From: Sminthopsis crassicaudata
Taxonomy: Eukaryota
Assembly (NCBI RefSeq): GCF_048593235.1
Contig: NC_133617.1
Coordinates: 419,286,958 to 419,350,957 of the forward strand
Direction of reading: 5' to 3'
DNA: 64,000 nt
A model generated the notes under the pieces. The model saw nothing but the letters and a program-made list of their open reading frames with translations, did not search any database and was not told where the DNA came from. The position numbers and the translations under genes were made by a program. Below, piece by piece: positions 11,971-25,087 of this stretch (position 1 is its first letter; every line of letters starts with the position of its first letter).

Positions 11971-12862
11971 TAGTGCTTTTATATAGCTTTTTGTGTAGAT
12001 GGTTAATAAATTACTTGTTTTTTTCCTCCATACAATATTTAATTTATTCTCATGTACTTTTGTAGTTTTTTGCACAGTAGGCACATAAACATTTGAATGA
12101 CTAAAATGGAAATAAGACAAAGAAACAAGTTGTAGCTAGATTGTGGAGTGCTTTGAGGAATTTACAATAGGGAGTTAATGAAGACTAAGTTTTAAGTAGT
12201 TTTTTAGGAAGGTTATCATAAAATCACATATTTGGAGACTTGAGACTTTAGCAACCAGCCATTCTGTCATTGTAAAGATGAGGAAATTCAAGGACATTGG
12301 GAAGTTATTTACCCTAGGTCAGATGACAGGTATTAAGAATCCAAGTAAATGATACAGGATTGTTGTGGAAAAGGGAGGGCTTAAGAAAGGGAGACTATTT
12401 AAAACCAGTGTAGAAATTCAGATGAAGGAAATGACTATTTGGATTAGGATGGTAACAATGGGTGTGAAAGAGACTCAATCATATAACAGGCTCAGTTGTT
12501 GTCAAATTCTGTGATTCTTATTCCCTCACTCAGCATGCCCCACTCCTACCCTCCAGTCCTCTTCCTCCTTCAAAATATGAAGTTCCTAAAGAGAGAAGAC
12601 CCATTCTTTTGTGATATCCACAACATAACCTCACATGGTGCTCAGACTGAGCATAAGTAGTAAGCAGATTTACTGATGTGAAGGGAATGAAGGGTACCAA
12701 ACCTGGAAGAATGTATTAGAATATGGCATATGAGAAGCTAAGTGGAATAGGACAAAAACAGAATATAGGTAACATTTCTCCCCAACAAAGTCCCATTCCA
12801 CAAGATAGGGGTTTCTTCCCTCCAGCATCTCTTTTTTTCACACATACACATTTCTCCAGTGT

Positions 12863-12868
12863 TTTATT
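12863..12868 (-). terminator. Candidate PIGO polyadenylation signal AATAAA
   Basis: TTTATT on the plus strand about 530 nt past the stop codon, followed on the minus strand by a GT-rich tract. Confidence 0.55.
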
Positions 12869-13401
12869 TCATTCTGGGCACATAAAGCAGCTCATTTCCC
12901 CTACCAGGCCCCACCCCAGATTTCTTCAGTGCCTCAGGTTCACTTAACCCACCCTCATTTAGGGAGAGGCAGTCATTTTGCTTGGTCAGGCTTGGATAAG
13001 AAAATTAATGGAAAGAACAGAGTCAAGCCCAAGGTTTCTATGCAGCTGCTTGGCTGGCCTTCAATCCTTCCAGAAGAGAGACAATTTCAGTATAGACCCG
13101 AGTCCTCTGCCTCTTTCCAATCCTGAATTTGAACACCTTAATAAAGTCTCTGCTACCATCTGGCTCCGCAAGTGTGTGACCCATTACTACAAACCCCCTG
13201 AGAGTAGGGTACACACACTGTCTGGAGTACAAGATGCAGTCCAGGTTTCCACAGAAGTGGGTTGAGTCCTATAGCCAAAGGTCCTGCTCAGCAGGTTGTC
13301 TCAATCCTAGAACTGAAGGACAAGCTATGGAGAGATGAACCCAGGGCTCACTTGGCCTTGGGGTGTAAGGGAAGGTTGGCCCCAAGATCATGTGACAAAA
13401 G

Positions 13402-13531
13402 CTACCTCTCTTGGGACAGAATGAGCTGCTTGAACCAGGATCCCACAGCTCTATCTACCCACATGACCAGTGCCACACCCAGAAGGAGGGCTAGGCTGCT
13501 CACCACAAAACCCACAGCTTCAAAGATGAAC
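13402..13531 (-). CDS. PIGO: PIGO last coding exon ([42 protein letters not shown])
   Basis: TTGTAG acceptor and TAG stop. Matches the PIGO C-terminus. Confidence 0.95.
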
Positions 13532-13849
13532 CTACAAGCAGAGAGGCAGGGGCATCAGGATGCTGTAGTATAGTGGTAGAACATTAATACAAACTGTTAC
13601 ATTCACTGGAGGCTAGCCTTTTCTGCCCATTCTCTCCCTCTCCTTACTTTAACACTCTGGGAGGATAGTCAAACCCCCAATTTCACCAGGTCACCACCAT
13701 CCCCTTTCCAGAAGATACCTCTCTACTTCCCTTTTACTTTGTGTCTAAGCAGAGTGATTCCCAAATCAAAAAGCATCCATCCATCTTTTCATCTAATTCT
13801 GGACCCCATCCACCCTGCATCCCTCCCCTCATTGAGAACAGCCACTCAC

Positions 13850-13920
13850 TTGGGAGCAAACACCTTCCAGACCATGAGATGCCTCCTGAGTATGGAAGCT
13901 GCCAGAACACAGGCTAAGAC
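13850..13920 (-). CDS. PIGO: PIGO coding exon ([24 protein letters not shown])
   Basis: 71 nt, AG/GT boundaries, hallmark [13 protein letters not shown] motif. Confidence 0.95.
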
Positions 13921-14848
13921 CTGAAGAGGAAGAGGGAATGGGGAAAAGATGAAGAGTGAGAATGAGGAGGGATGAAAAGGGGGAGAAGGGGATGGATGTA
14001 TGAAGAGGTAGAGCAAGATGAGAACTCTGAGGACGAGAAGAGCAGAGGCATGTGTGACAGAAAGAACACAGACCAGTACTCTTGTGGGTCCAGATTCTAC
14101 TCCTGACTTGTCTACTAACTTGTTGTATGATCTCAGGCAAGTTATTTAACTACATGAACCATGAACCATAGCCACTTCATGAAGAAAATGGTCATTCTGA
14201 AAGTTCTGTTAAAATTCTGCAATTTCTTGTCTCTAGTGCTCAGAGCCCCCACTTCCTCTGAGGGTTATGCTAAACAAATTATTACTCCCTCACACTGGGA
14301 AAAAATTGAATGAAAAATGTGTGTTCCCATCCCTTGGGGATATGGATTACATCTGATTTCCTTGGTCAGTTGAATGACTCTCTATACATCATTAGCTGGG
14401 TCTGGATCATGGTGTGGTACAAAATGAATTGGAATTAGAGCCAAGAGATCTGTGTTGTAGTCTCCATTCTACCACAGACTCAATATGCACTCCTGGAGAA
14501 ATAACGTGTGCCTCCGTTTCCTTATCTCTAAGTTGGAAAAATTATTTTGGTCTTTTTATATAGGACTTGGTGAACAAATGAGAAAAGGTATTTCAATGAA
14601 CTTGGAAAACTGAGGTGACAGAGTGAAGCATGTCTTCTCCCTCTTAGCATATGTTGATTTGTTTTGTTTGATAGTACTTATTTTAGTAAGAGTTATACTA
14701 CTGAGAGGGGAGTCATTGGGAAGTGACAGTGATTCTCCCTCACCCCCCAAAAAAACCCACTATAAAATGGCAGATACAAGTTTAAAATTACTAACACTTC
14801 AGCTTCCCTCCTTTGAAATTCCCAGCCATATCAATTAATCATACCCAC

Positions 14849-15054
14849 CTGTATACCCAGGATGAAGAGGTACTTGAGAGCTAGCTGCAGGAGAGCAGCA
14901 TTGAAATGGTGAGGGGCATCCCGGAGACGCATCTCCATCAATGGCTCCTCCTTCTCTCCCTCCTCCTCAGTCCCACTGGTCAGGGACTTTTTCTTCTTTG
15001 TAGAACCTTGGCCCTCACACACAAAGGGCCAGAGCAAGAGCAGTGGGCAGCCAA
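14849..15054 (-). CDS. PIGO: PIGO coding exon ([11 protein letters not shown]...[10 protein letters not shown])
   Basis: 206 nt, CAG|GTGGGT donor, phase fits both neighbours. Confidence 0.92.
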
Positions 15055-15381
15055 CTGCCTCCGGGGGTGAGGGGAAACATAAGTCTGAGGTTATCTTAGG
15101 TTCCAAGAACAAGCCTCAATTCCCACAGGACAGCCTCATCTTGACCTAATTCTGTGTTTTAATGAGACCAGATTAGGGGCTTCACAAAGGAGGATCCTTC
15201 TCTCTAACAAAAGATGCCAAGGGGCCAGTGTCTCATGATGCCTTGGTCAAAGTCTTATACCCACTGAGCGACTGAGATAAAAGGAAACAGTAAGTTTCTT
15301 CCCTTCCCACACTAAGGTGGGATTACCACCACTTTAAGTCTCAGTCTCAGGAAAAGGAATGGAGTTTGGGGGATAAGATAC

Positions 15382-15588
15382 CTGAAAAAAGAAGGTGGGA
15401 GGCAAATGTGTTGGCCCCTACGAGCAGAGCAGGCAGCACAGGGGATGAATCATGCCCTTCAGGGAAGCCCACAAAGGCAGCATTCCAGTGGATAGCTGGA
15501 AAGACAGGCTGATGGCCTGTGGAGTAGAAGGTCTGTGTGGCTGTGAGAGCCCAAGCAGAAATAGCTAGCCATGGCACGGAGAAGGGAC
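15382..15588 (-). CDS. PIGO: PIGO coding exon (GPFSVPW...[19 protein letters not shown]...ASHLLFS)
   Basis: 207 nt, phase 1-1, conserved [12 protein letters not shown] motif. Confidence 0.95.
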
Positions 15589-16119
15589 CTGGGAAGAACA
15601 CATAAATTTATCATCTTAACATTGTTAGCTTGTTCTCCTTTCCCCCCAACAATGTCATATGACTTTCTTGTACTTTACTCCTTGACCATTATATTTCCTA
15701 TTCTCTAATCCTGCTCCCACTTTGCACCCACCTCCTCTGCTTAGTCACCCTGATCCAACCTCCCCAGTGCTCAATGTTGCAGACAAATGCTCACCCAACT
15801 GTCTAGAGATTAATCAGTGGGGTAAAACTTCTCCAAAGGAAACAGTCCTGATTAGAGTGGGGAGGGGAATAGGTGTGGAGCAGGGAGAGTGTTTGAGCCC
15901 TGCCTTCTCCCAGATTTTGATAGTCCTCAAGATCTAGTGACAGCAGCAGTATTACAAAGTGAGACCAAATGTCAAGGTGATTGAAGTAGGCCTGCCATTA
16001 CTAAGGAGAGGACAACCTTTCTCCCCAGCCTCAATGTCCATTTGGGAGTATAGCTGCTCCAAGGGCAAGGAAATAGCTATTCTAGGGGTATCTGTGGATG
16101 GGACTGCCCTGCCACCTAC

Positions 16120-17644
16120 CAGGGCTTCCAGCAGGGGTTCCAACAGCAGCGGCGAGCAGCTGCAAGAGTAGGAAACTCTGAAGGAAGAGGATCAGGAAGG
16201 CGAGGATGATCCGCTCAGTGTGCAGCAGCAGTAGCGGGAAGGCCAGCAGGGCAAGAGTGGTCACCACGGCGGCAGAGTACACACTCCCCAGCCCGTAGGC
16301 TGCCAGCGCCAGTGGTGTCTGGCCCCCACCCCCAGACAGCTTCCCCCTCAGTGCCTCCTGCATTCGACGGTAGATCTGAGGGACTACATAGTCCAGGTCA
16401 GCCTGGGAGGCAGGGGGTCCCACAAAAGGGACAACGATGGGGTTGGGACTGCTGGCCCCAGTCTTGACCAATACTGTAACAGGCTGCCAAAGCAGCAGCC
16501 CTAGTCCTATGGCTGCCAGACCCAATACAACCCGTGGCAACCCTACCACAGCTCCAGACACTAGGGCCTGTAGCCTGGGGGGTGCCTCATCTGAGCCTGA
16601 AGCCAATGCCCAGTGGGCAGCAGTGCCTAGAGCCATCAGTGGCAATCCCCAGCGCACAAAGAGGATTGAAGGTGCAGAGCTGTTCAGATTCCCACAGCGG
16701 CGCAGCCAAAATCTTACAGACAGGACAAGCACCCCTAGTGCCCCTAGACATGCCCCATACCAAAGGTTCTTGGCCTGGCCACCACCCACTGAAGATAAAG
16801 GAGCTAACCAGGGTGATGACTGGCAAACAGGTGTCTCTTCTGGGCAGCGATGGAAGAGACTGGTCAGGCGTACACACAGGAGCAGTCCAACCGATAGCCC
16901 CAGGACCTGAGGACCCTCCCACCGTGCCACAGATACTGTGGGGGAACTGAGGCAAGAAGCTATGGGTCCCCCTCCCAGAAGCCGGCCCTCCCAGTGCAGC
17001 TGAGCCACCACAAACAAGGACAGCGAACATAAAAGGAAGGGGGCTGCCCGGGCCTCAGCCAGGACAAAGCTGTCAGAAAAGAGGGCAGCAGATCGAAGAA
17101 ACAGGAGCACCAGGATGGGCAAAGGGCCTGGGAGAAAGACTGCCATTGGTGGCTTCCCTCTCCATTTTAAAGCCCATAGGAAGGCCATGAGGGAAGTGGC
17201 TGCACCCCCTGAACACAACAGAGCTGGGTCCAACCCAGTCCCTCCTACCATCAGTCCCCCAGCTAGCAAGGCAGCTCCTACCAGGCCCCAGGCCACAGAC
17301 TTTAGGAGCAGGCCTAGGAAAGGGAAGTCAGGGGAGCTGGTGAGCCCAGAGGTCACTAAGCAGAGGAGGCAAGTGAAGGCCAGGAGCACAGTGCCCCCTA
17401 TCATTCGGGCTAGGCGGAATCGAGCCCACGTCTCTGTGCAGGCTGTCCTCGCTCCCTGTAAGAACAATCTCAGCTGGGAGATCAGAGCCTGTACATCGGC
17501 CTCTCGGACCTCTTCAGTCTTCAGCTGATCTAGCAATCGCTCATATTCAGAGGATGCAGAGGAGAAGAGGTTCTGAAGGCGTTGCAGTTCCTCAGGGGGC
17601 AAGTCCTGGGCAGCTAATGAGTAAGCATGAAGAAAACGGGATAC
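16120..17644 (-). CDS. PIGO: PIGO large coding exon (multi-pass transmembrane region)
   Basis: 1525 nt open frame between a CTGCAG acceptor and a G|GTAGGT donor. VSRFLHAYS...[12 protein letters not shown]...[15 protein letters not shown]. Confidence 0.96.
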
Positions 17645-17902
17645 CTGCAGAAAAGGTACAGGAAAGAAAATGTCAATAAGGCATGGGAAGAGTGGAGGGG
17701 GAAAAAACAGAAATGTACAGTGGCCAGAAAGCCCCAGGGCTAGAACCCATATCTTTTATAGGGTAGGTAAAGAACAGAAATGAGTCAGGAGATGATGGGT
17801 AGAGAAAGGATGAGCATGAAGGCATGGGCTGGTGGGTTTTTTATTCAAGTTTCTAATTCCTAGGTTACTAGTCCAAGACAGCCCTGTCCCCAGCTCCCCT
17901 AC

Positions 17903-18082
17903 CTGTTGGGCATTGAGATGGTAGGCAGAGGCTTGTGCAAGAGCTGTAGCAAGAGGCTGGGTATCTGCTTCTCCTGAAAACAGATCCACCATCACCTCTC
18001 CTATGTTTCCAAAAGGTATGGGCAGGCCAAGCAGAAGGGAAAGTGTCGGCACCAGGTTCACCTGGGGAACCACTTCTGGATC
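17903..18082 (-). CDS. PIGO: PIGO coding exon ([28 protein letters not shown]...HLNAQQ)
   Basis: 180 nt, AG/GT boundaries, conserved [13 protein letters not shown] motif. Confidence 0.95.
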
Positions 18083-18476
18083 CTGGAGGCAATAAAACCA
18101 AAGGTAAGAATGAATTAGTGGAAAGAATCGAGGAAAAAGGTAAGGAAAGAGGCCATAGTCCAGAGTACAATGAGGAGGATCAAGGAAAAGAACATTTAAA
18201 AGTGACAGAGATGGGTAAAAGTGATAGGAGTAAGGTATCTAAAGAGAAGGGGAAGGGATGGGAAGGTGGTAGAAGTATGTGGACAATAAAATGTCTGAGG
18301 TAAGGGATAATATGGAGGTGGCTTATTAATTGTGGGGAAGGGAATGAAATAGTCACCTAATAGACAATGAGATCAAAAAGAGAAAAAGAGTCCAAGGGGT
18401 CAAAAGGAAAGAGGACACCTGGGAAAAAAAAAACAAAAAAAAAAAACAAAAAAAACTAATGGCTTTTTAAACTTAC

Positions 18477-18636
18477 TTCTGGGGGCACCCTGGGGAAAAG
18501 GGGCAAAGAACTGTAGAGAAAGAGGGCAGCCATGACTTCTGGCTTGCTGTCCCCACCATGGTCTCCTGTCTCTGTCATGCCATGATCTCCAGCCACCACC
18601 AGCAATGTATCATTCTCTAGTCGATCCACAAGAGTC
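18477..18636 (-). CDS. PIGO: PIGO coding exon ([20 protein letters not shown], metal-binding motif)
   Basis: 160 nt, GAA|GTAAGT donor. GDHGM...GDHGG is the alkaline-phosphatase-superfamily motif. Confidence 0.96.
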
Positions 18637-19328
18637 CTAATTACATGGCACAAAACAGTGGGGGAAAGAGAAGGAACCTTTGGGAAGATACTATCCTGAG
18701 TATACTCATCCCTTGACCCCTGGCATTCATTAAAAGAGCATTCTTAGGAGTTTGTGGTTTTACAGGACACTGTGTTATCTTGTTTAGCCCTAACATGATA
18801 ACTCTATGAAGCAAGCAGTTAAAATAATTTAACTAATTCACATAAAAAGAAACTGAAGCCCAGCTAGATTAACTGCCTAAAGTCCCACTGGTAATTAGGT
18901 CCCATTACCCTCAGGCTAATTTTCAATGAGTACCAAGTTACTCAATGAATAGAGGGAACCCAAATAAACATGACCTCAAGTTTCTGAAAAAGCATACTGG
19001 TGGCAATAATTAGTGGGACCACCAGATTATTAGACAAAATCTCAGCAATGAATGTCTAATCACAATAAGTACTTCAATAGAGAAGCAACAAATATACAGT
19101 GATCTCCTGTGCCCTACCCCAATTCCCACACTATATTAGAAGATGAAAGTAGTCCTGACCAGATCATGTTCCATATATCTAACTACCCCCCTACCACACT
19201 CAAATACTCTTACTCCTCTGTGTCTGTTTTCCTCTCTCACTATCCTCAAAGGGTTACCCCATCTCTGCTCCATCATCAATTTAGGCCCTGCTTCCTGCCC
19301 ACAACTAAATTCCTCTGGTACAACTTAC

Positions 19329-19452
19329 TGAAGCACCTGGTCCATCTGGTTCAGCTTCTTGGCCATCTCAGGATGGTGGGGACCATGTTTATGGCCACAG
19401 TGATCTACACCCAGGAAGTGAGCAATCAGCAGGTCCCAGTCATCTCTGTCCA
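19329..19452 (-). CDS. PIGO: PIGO coding exon ([37 protein letters not shown])
   Basis: 124 nt, CA|GTAAGT donor, [10 protein letters not shown] motif. Confidence 0.96.
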
Positions 19453-19789
19453 CTGTAAATAGCAACACTGAGACAAAGGGCCTGATACCCCCTCCTTCAT
19501 TTCTCAGCCTTTAATATCCTCTACCAATGGAAATTGACTCCAAATCTTATCACCCAGGAAAGTACCATCCAAAGGACCTTCAAAGCATCACATCCTTACC
19601 CCTCTGTACACTGCAGCTCAAAATCAAATTGTTGAGACAAATACAAATAGTCTCCAATGGTCTTAACTCTATTTTACAAATTGAGTTTAGCACTAGCTTC
19701 TCAGAATATGGCCCAAATATAAGACTGGTCTATCCCCACCTCTCCCTTCCATCAAAATCTAAGCCCAGATCCCATTTAGGACTGCTCAC

Positions 19790-19933
19790 TGGTAGGGTAG
19801 AGGTGCTCCAGAATGCCACTGTCCACAGTGTGTAGATCTTTAACATTGAAAGATGGGAAGAAGAAGGCTTGAGAGAAAGCTCCTGGGAATAGCCCCTTCC
19901 AAGTGTCATCCCCCATGAAGACCACACGTTTTC
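19790..19933 (-). CDS. PIGO: PIGO coding exon ([18 protein letters not shown]...[21 protein letters not shown])
   Basis: 144 nt, AG/GT boundaries, FMGDDTW motif. Confidence 0.96.
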
Positions 19934-20999
19934 CTGTAGCATTGGGAGAGTCAGGGAGAATTTTTGAAGATTATTTTATAATATGGCCTCACTCTACAAT
20001 TCCCCCCTACTTTCCTTCTCTCATCAATATAAATCTTTTACTTTAGCCAAGTCAGTCTTTTCAAAAGGCAATGACCCATTTCCATTTTTATATCCCAGCC
20101 TTTGCTTATACCATTCATACCATCTCTAATACCTTCCCCTCCTCATTCTTTCCTTATCCAAATCCTATCCATTACTAAAAATGCAATTCAAGTCATACTT
20201 CCTACATGAAACCTTACCTAACCATTCTAATCTACCATAATCTTTCCTTCCCAATATCTATAGTAACCTTAGTCTTATAAAAACAATTCACCAAATAAAT
20301 ACTTAATTGCATCAGTCAACAAACAAAAACAATCCAGTCCACCAAAGAGTTTATATTTCTTTTATCATTCTCTAGCTGTTTAATAAAAGTAAACAATTTT
20401 CCTCAATTATGTTGTAAATTTCTGGGGGGGGGTGGGGAAGAAGGACTCTACCCTTATTGTAAGCCAACAAAGTTAAGCACAGGGCTGGGTATGCATCAGG
20501 AGTTTAAACTGCCTGATAAGGTGAACCGAGGCAGATAAAACAGTAGGAAAAAACCCTCAGACAAAGAAGAAAGTGGAGACTCTGTGACAGTGAAGAGAAG
20601 AGAACACACAAGGAAGGAAGGTAAGGTATGAGAAGAGCCTGTACATATGGTGAAAAAGCATGAGATTGGAAGAGCATCTAGGCTCTAGTCACAATTCTTC
20701 CACAAATTAATTGTACCATCTTAGCTAAATCACTTCACCTGACTAGATCTATTACATTCAAAAAATTTTGAGGGTTGGACCAGATCAGAGGTTCATCAGT
20801 TTCTTTGTATTACTGATCTCTTCATTAGTACGATAAAGACCAAGAAGCCTTTCTCAGAATAATGTTTTTAAATGCATAAAACACAACACATAGGATTTAC
20901 AAAGGAAACCAATTGTAATGAATATACATATATATATATTTAAGCTCATGGACCCCAGGCAAGAAAATCCTAGACTAGCTGGTCTCTAAAAGTTCTTAC

Positions 21000-21480
21000 T
21001 ACACTAACCTCTTTGTCTTAACAGCAGTTCAAGTGTTCTGAGTTTTTTATTTAAGAGGTCTGGGCTTACAATATAAATCAATTGTGAGACCAAAAAAACT
21101 GTGACTTCAGGCTAAATTAGAAGGAATATGGTGTTTAATATAGTTTAGACATTAATATCTAAAAGAAATATAACCGCAGGAGGTAACACACACAACACTT
21201 TGGGAATGTTGTGTTCCCTTTGGGGTACCATGATTATCAACATTAACAAATTGGTATATTTACAGAGGAACATGACCAGAATGATGTGTGATGGTCTGAA
21301 AATCTTATCATATAAAGATGGACTGAATGACCTGAGGACATTTAATCTGGGTAAATTAGTGTAAGTAGACATAATAACTATCTTCAAATAGCAAAGGACT
21401 ATCACAAAGAAGTATACTAATTTTGTAGTTGGGAGCAACAAGTTTAAGTTTCAGAATTTCTAATGATTAACATTGCCTTG
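21000..21480 (+). mobile_element. CR1/L3 3' fragment in PIGO intron
   Basis: Degraded L3 RT-end signature (GAGGACATTTAATCTGGG...ACTATCTTCAAATA). Confidence 0.55.
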
Positions 21481-21672
21481 TTAGGATATGACTAAATGTA
21501 TAAAAGCAAATGCAGGATAACTCCTCATCATGGTTTTAGAGAAAGCTTTGATTCCTCACTTAGTGGTAATTTGGCCTAGATGATCCCTTTCAATTCTAGG
21601 TTTATATCATTCTGACATCCTAAAAAGTTAACATTCTAAGATTCTAACATTCCATAACCTTTTTAGACTGAC

Positions 21673-22171
21673 CGGTGCTGTTGAGCTGAGCGATGAGGTT
21701 ATCTTCTTGGATAGCATAGCTAGCAAAGTTGCTCCCAGCATCAATGAAGGTAGGTAAAGAGCCTGTGGTGAGGGCCTTGAGTCTCTGCATGGTGGTGGTG
21801 GGTGGGTCAGCCAGGAACCGGTAGAGGCGGGCATGTTGTGGCTGGGTTTCTAAAAGATGCCGTATGGAACCTAGTTTTCCTAGGAAAGGATGTTGGGCAG
21901 GAAGGCCACCTGGCCAAGGTTGTACAAAATCGAATCGAAGTGCATCTATCAACACTACCACAGCTCGGGAAAATCGGGGAGCTGTCCAGCAGGCTCCAGG
22001 TTCACCTCGGCCACCTCCCACCAGGGGTCCCTTTCCAGGCAACTCCTGACAGCTGCTATGATTAGTAAGCTCCAGCCGGGTGAGCAGGAAGCCACTGGTG
22101 AAGAGAGCAATTCCAGCATAAAAGAGGAAGCAGACCCAGGCCAGGAAAAGCAATACCAGGGCCTTCAGCAT
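21673..22171 (-). CDS. PIGO: PIGO first coding exon (GPI ethanolamine phosphate transferase 3; [12 protein letters not shown]...[16 protein letters not shown])
   Basis: ATG at 22171 lies one base after a CAG acceptor, with donor G|GTCAGT. Contains the IDALRFDF and catalytic DPPTTT motifs. The joined CDS is 3246 nt (1081 aa). Confidence 0.96.
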
Positions 22172-22272
22172 TCTGGATGTCAGGAAAGACAGACACATGT
22201 TACTGAAGTTCTCATTGCTCACTCAAACTCTTGTGCACATTCTCCCCTCTCTCCTCACGAATCCCTTTTCCC

Positions 22273-22307
<35 letters not shown>

Positions 22308-23169
22308 ATGTAAATCTTCAAGAACACTTAAGGTACAGAAAACAGGTTCTCTTTTCAATCTAATGTCAGCTCAAAGTCACTAATAAGCCTGCCACTAACT
22401 CATTAGTACGTCATCTTTCATTAAGAGTTTAATAGATTACTATAATTTCTGAATAAAAACAGTTCCAGCCTACTTCAGCAATGGCGTGGCTATTTCTGCT
22501 GTGCCTCAGTTTTCCTTTCTGTACCTCTAACTACATGGGCCCTGTGGTCATTGCTCTCTTTAGAGATAGGGTCTTGTGACTCTCTGCAGACCTGAGGAGT
22601 TCATCAGTGTTCGGTCCTCCTTATTCTTTGGTTAAAAATCTTGTACTACAGCACCTGGAGCTATTCCAAGAAGCCTGGAGATCAGACAAGGACCATAACA
22701 GCACCTACCTTCTGGGGTGGATAAAAGCGAACCTTAAAGTGCAAGGGAAATATTAGCACTTGTATATTATTACACATGAGAAATGAGGGTTAGATGACAG
22801 CAGCCTGGCATGTGACTGACTCTTAAATGCTAGAAAGAAATGGCTGAGTGTGAGAATGGAGTATCCCTCCACTAACCCAAGACGCCCCTCCATGAATGCT
22901 TTCTCCTCTCATTTTTCTCTCTTAATTAAGACTCTCCTTTGACCACTCCCTCCCAGCCCCACGAACAGGTTCGGGCAGCTTAGAAGCCCCGCCTCCCAGC
23001 CCTTCCAGCCCCCCTCCCCTCAGACCAGCCCCTCCCGAGTCAGTCACCCTCACCAGGAGCTCGAGCACGAGCCCCTCCCCCACTTAGAAAGATTAGGCCC
23101 CAAGGAAGGAACCATCAGAGAGGGGGGAGGGGAGAAGGGGGATGAAGGAGAGCCCAAAGCAGAAGTCGG

Positions 23170-24100
23170 GAGGAACTAAAATACACCAGTAGGGGACGGC
23201 GGGGGAGGAGGAGAGCTTCTGGGCCAGGACGCTGAGGCAGTGGCGGGGAGAGTGAGGAGGCAGACACAGCGTGGGAAGAGGTGGGGACACGGGGAGGAGG
23301 CGCCGGGAGGACGGAGTCCGAGAGGGGGAAGGGTTAAGGACGCTTGAAGCGGAAGCGCTGGGGGTGCAGGCACACAGGAACGAGGGGAGAGGTGAGGGAG
23401 ACTGAGGGGAGAACAGCAGGGGGGAGAGGTGCTTTAGGAGTGGAAGAGACACAAGACGGGGGGGGGGGGATATGCGGGGCATGGGGACACTGAGAAGGTC
23501 CGTTACGGGTATGAGACAGAAGGGAAGTGGCAGGGGGACAGAGTTGGGGGGGGAGTGAGAGACTCCCGGACAAGGACGCGGAGGGGCGGGAGAGAAGGCC
23601 ACGGACCGTCGGGCACACCTGAGGCAGGAGGGTGACGGAAAAGTACGCGGCAAAGGACGGACGGGACGTGCAAACGCAAGGACCCAAGCTAGCCTCCCCG
23701 CCCCGGGGAAGGGGTCAGGACCATAGGGATATCGAGAGGACGTCCCTCCCACCCGGCTCAGAGTCCCAGGGGGTCCCCGGCGAGATCTCCAGTCACCCTC
23801 ATCACCTATGAGCAGCACAGCAAGCAGCCGGAAGCAGGGCACTAAGAACCGGAAGTGTGGCTCTGATCCGCCAATCAACTCTTCCCCCTCCCGCACACCA
23901 CGGAGGAGAGGCACCCCAAGCTAGAGCGGAGCGCAGCCCTTGGAGCGCCCCCTCCCGAGGACACTCGCATAATAAAGAGAAGCCGGTGGGAGACGGCACC
24001 CCCGGAACAGCGCGGCGCGTCCCCCAGTCCCGAGCGGTGGAGGGACCCCAGCAGCTAGCCCTGTGTTGGGCAATAGTAGGGCGTTTATAAATGTTTCTTA
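23170..24100 (-). promoter_or_regulatory. PIGO CpG island, promoter and non-coding exon 1 region with tandem ETS sites (CCGGAAGC 23828, CCGGAAGTG 23849) and CCAAT (23871)
   Basis: CpG-rich. Candidate minus-strand donors at 23806 (AG|GTGATG) or 23797. The first coding exon begins with an acceptor, so an upstream non-coding exon is required. Confidence 0.7.
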
Positions 24101-24936
24101 AATGCAATCACCACCCTAGGTTGGGCAAGAAGGTGAGGAAGTTGAGATGATTCCTTCCTGTAGGACGTTTTCCCCCAGGCAGCACTTCTCAGGCTAGTGA
24201 CATTAATCTGGTGTCCAGCCCTAGTTACGTCACCTCAAAGACAAAGGGAGATGAACCCCGAGGTTACCGCAGAGTGCAGCAAGGGCAGGCTTTTTGTGGA
24301 TTTTGACTAAGCCCCTGGGATGGACTTATATGAGAGTATAGCTCTATGGTGTGAGATTGGTCTTAAATCCCTAAAGACAGCAAGAAAAAAAATTGAATTT
24401 CTAGCAGTGACAGGAAGCTTCCCCCATCCCACCCTTAATAGGCAATTATTACCCCATAAGTTTGAGCAGTAGTTCCCCAGGACAACAGGAAACAGATTCT
24501 TCTCCAAGCCCTACAATACCCACTTCTACAATAGGTAAACAGAAAGCATGGACTAAGGAACAAAGATCTCCCTTTCTGCCCAAAGTCTTCTCAGCAATAT
24601 GCTGCAGACTACAATCCTACAGCATGTGTCATACAGGAGGATAGGCTACTCAGCATGCCCAGAAATGAAGTCTAGTCCTCCCCACAGTTCTGTATGGGAG
24701 GAAGAGAGAAGAATGCAGAGGTGGCGTGGAGAATTTCCTGTGTTCCTTTTTAAAACCTCCTTACTTGCCATACCAACTTCTGAAGGAAAAAAAATGCTTC
24801 CAGACCCCAATATGGATGTGGAGTACGCAGGAAAAGGACAATCCACAGTCTCACAAACTATAAAACCAGTTTCCTGAACTTTCCCCCAAACTCTAAGACA
24901 ATGAGACTGCTTCTTGCTGCTGTCCCACTAGATGTA

Positions 24937-24942
24937 TTTATT
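24937..24942 (-). terminator. STOML2 polyadenylation signal AATAAA
   Basis: TTTATT on the plus strand about 150 nt past the stop codon. Confidence 0.7.
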
Positions 24943-25087
24943 ACATGATTAAAGTTCAAATAAAAAAATAAAAACCAAAATCTTGGCTGAGGGGTCCAAA
25001 AGTGTTGAGGGCAGTGGGGTAAAGATGAGTCCTGGATCAGAAGCCTCTCCCAGGATTCCCAGGGCCCACAAGCCAAGCTAGGCTCTG

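Noticed and set aside
16437-17528. Plus-strand ORFs of 137-157 aa opposite the large PIGO exon
   Set aside because: Antisense shadow frames confined to a GC-rich coding exon.
22172-22222. N-terminal extension [17 protein letters not shown] of the PIGO ORF
   Set aside because: It is the intronic pyrimidine tract and CAG acceptor. The homologous start is the ATG at 22171.
22274-22302. Simple repeats ((CT)n here, (CA)n near 5968, mixed TA/CA near 52640, long T/A runs)
   Set aside because: Ordinary microsatellites or retroelement tails.
23093-23914. 273-aa minus-strand ORF in PIGO intron 1
   Set aside because: Low-complexity Pro/Ser/Leu product of a C/T-skewed CpG island, with no recognisable domain.
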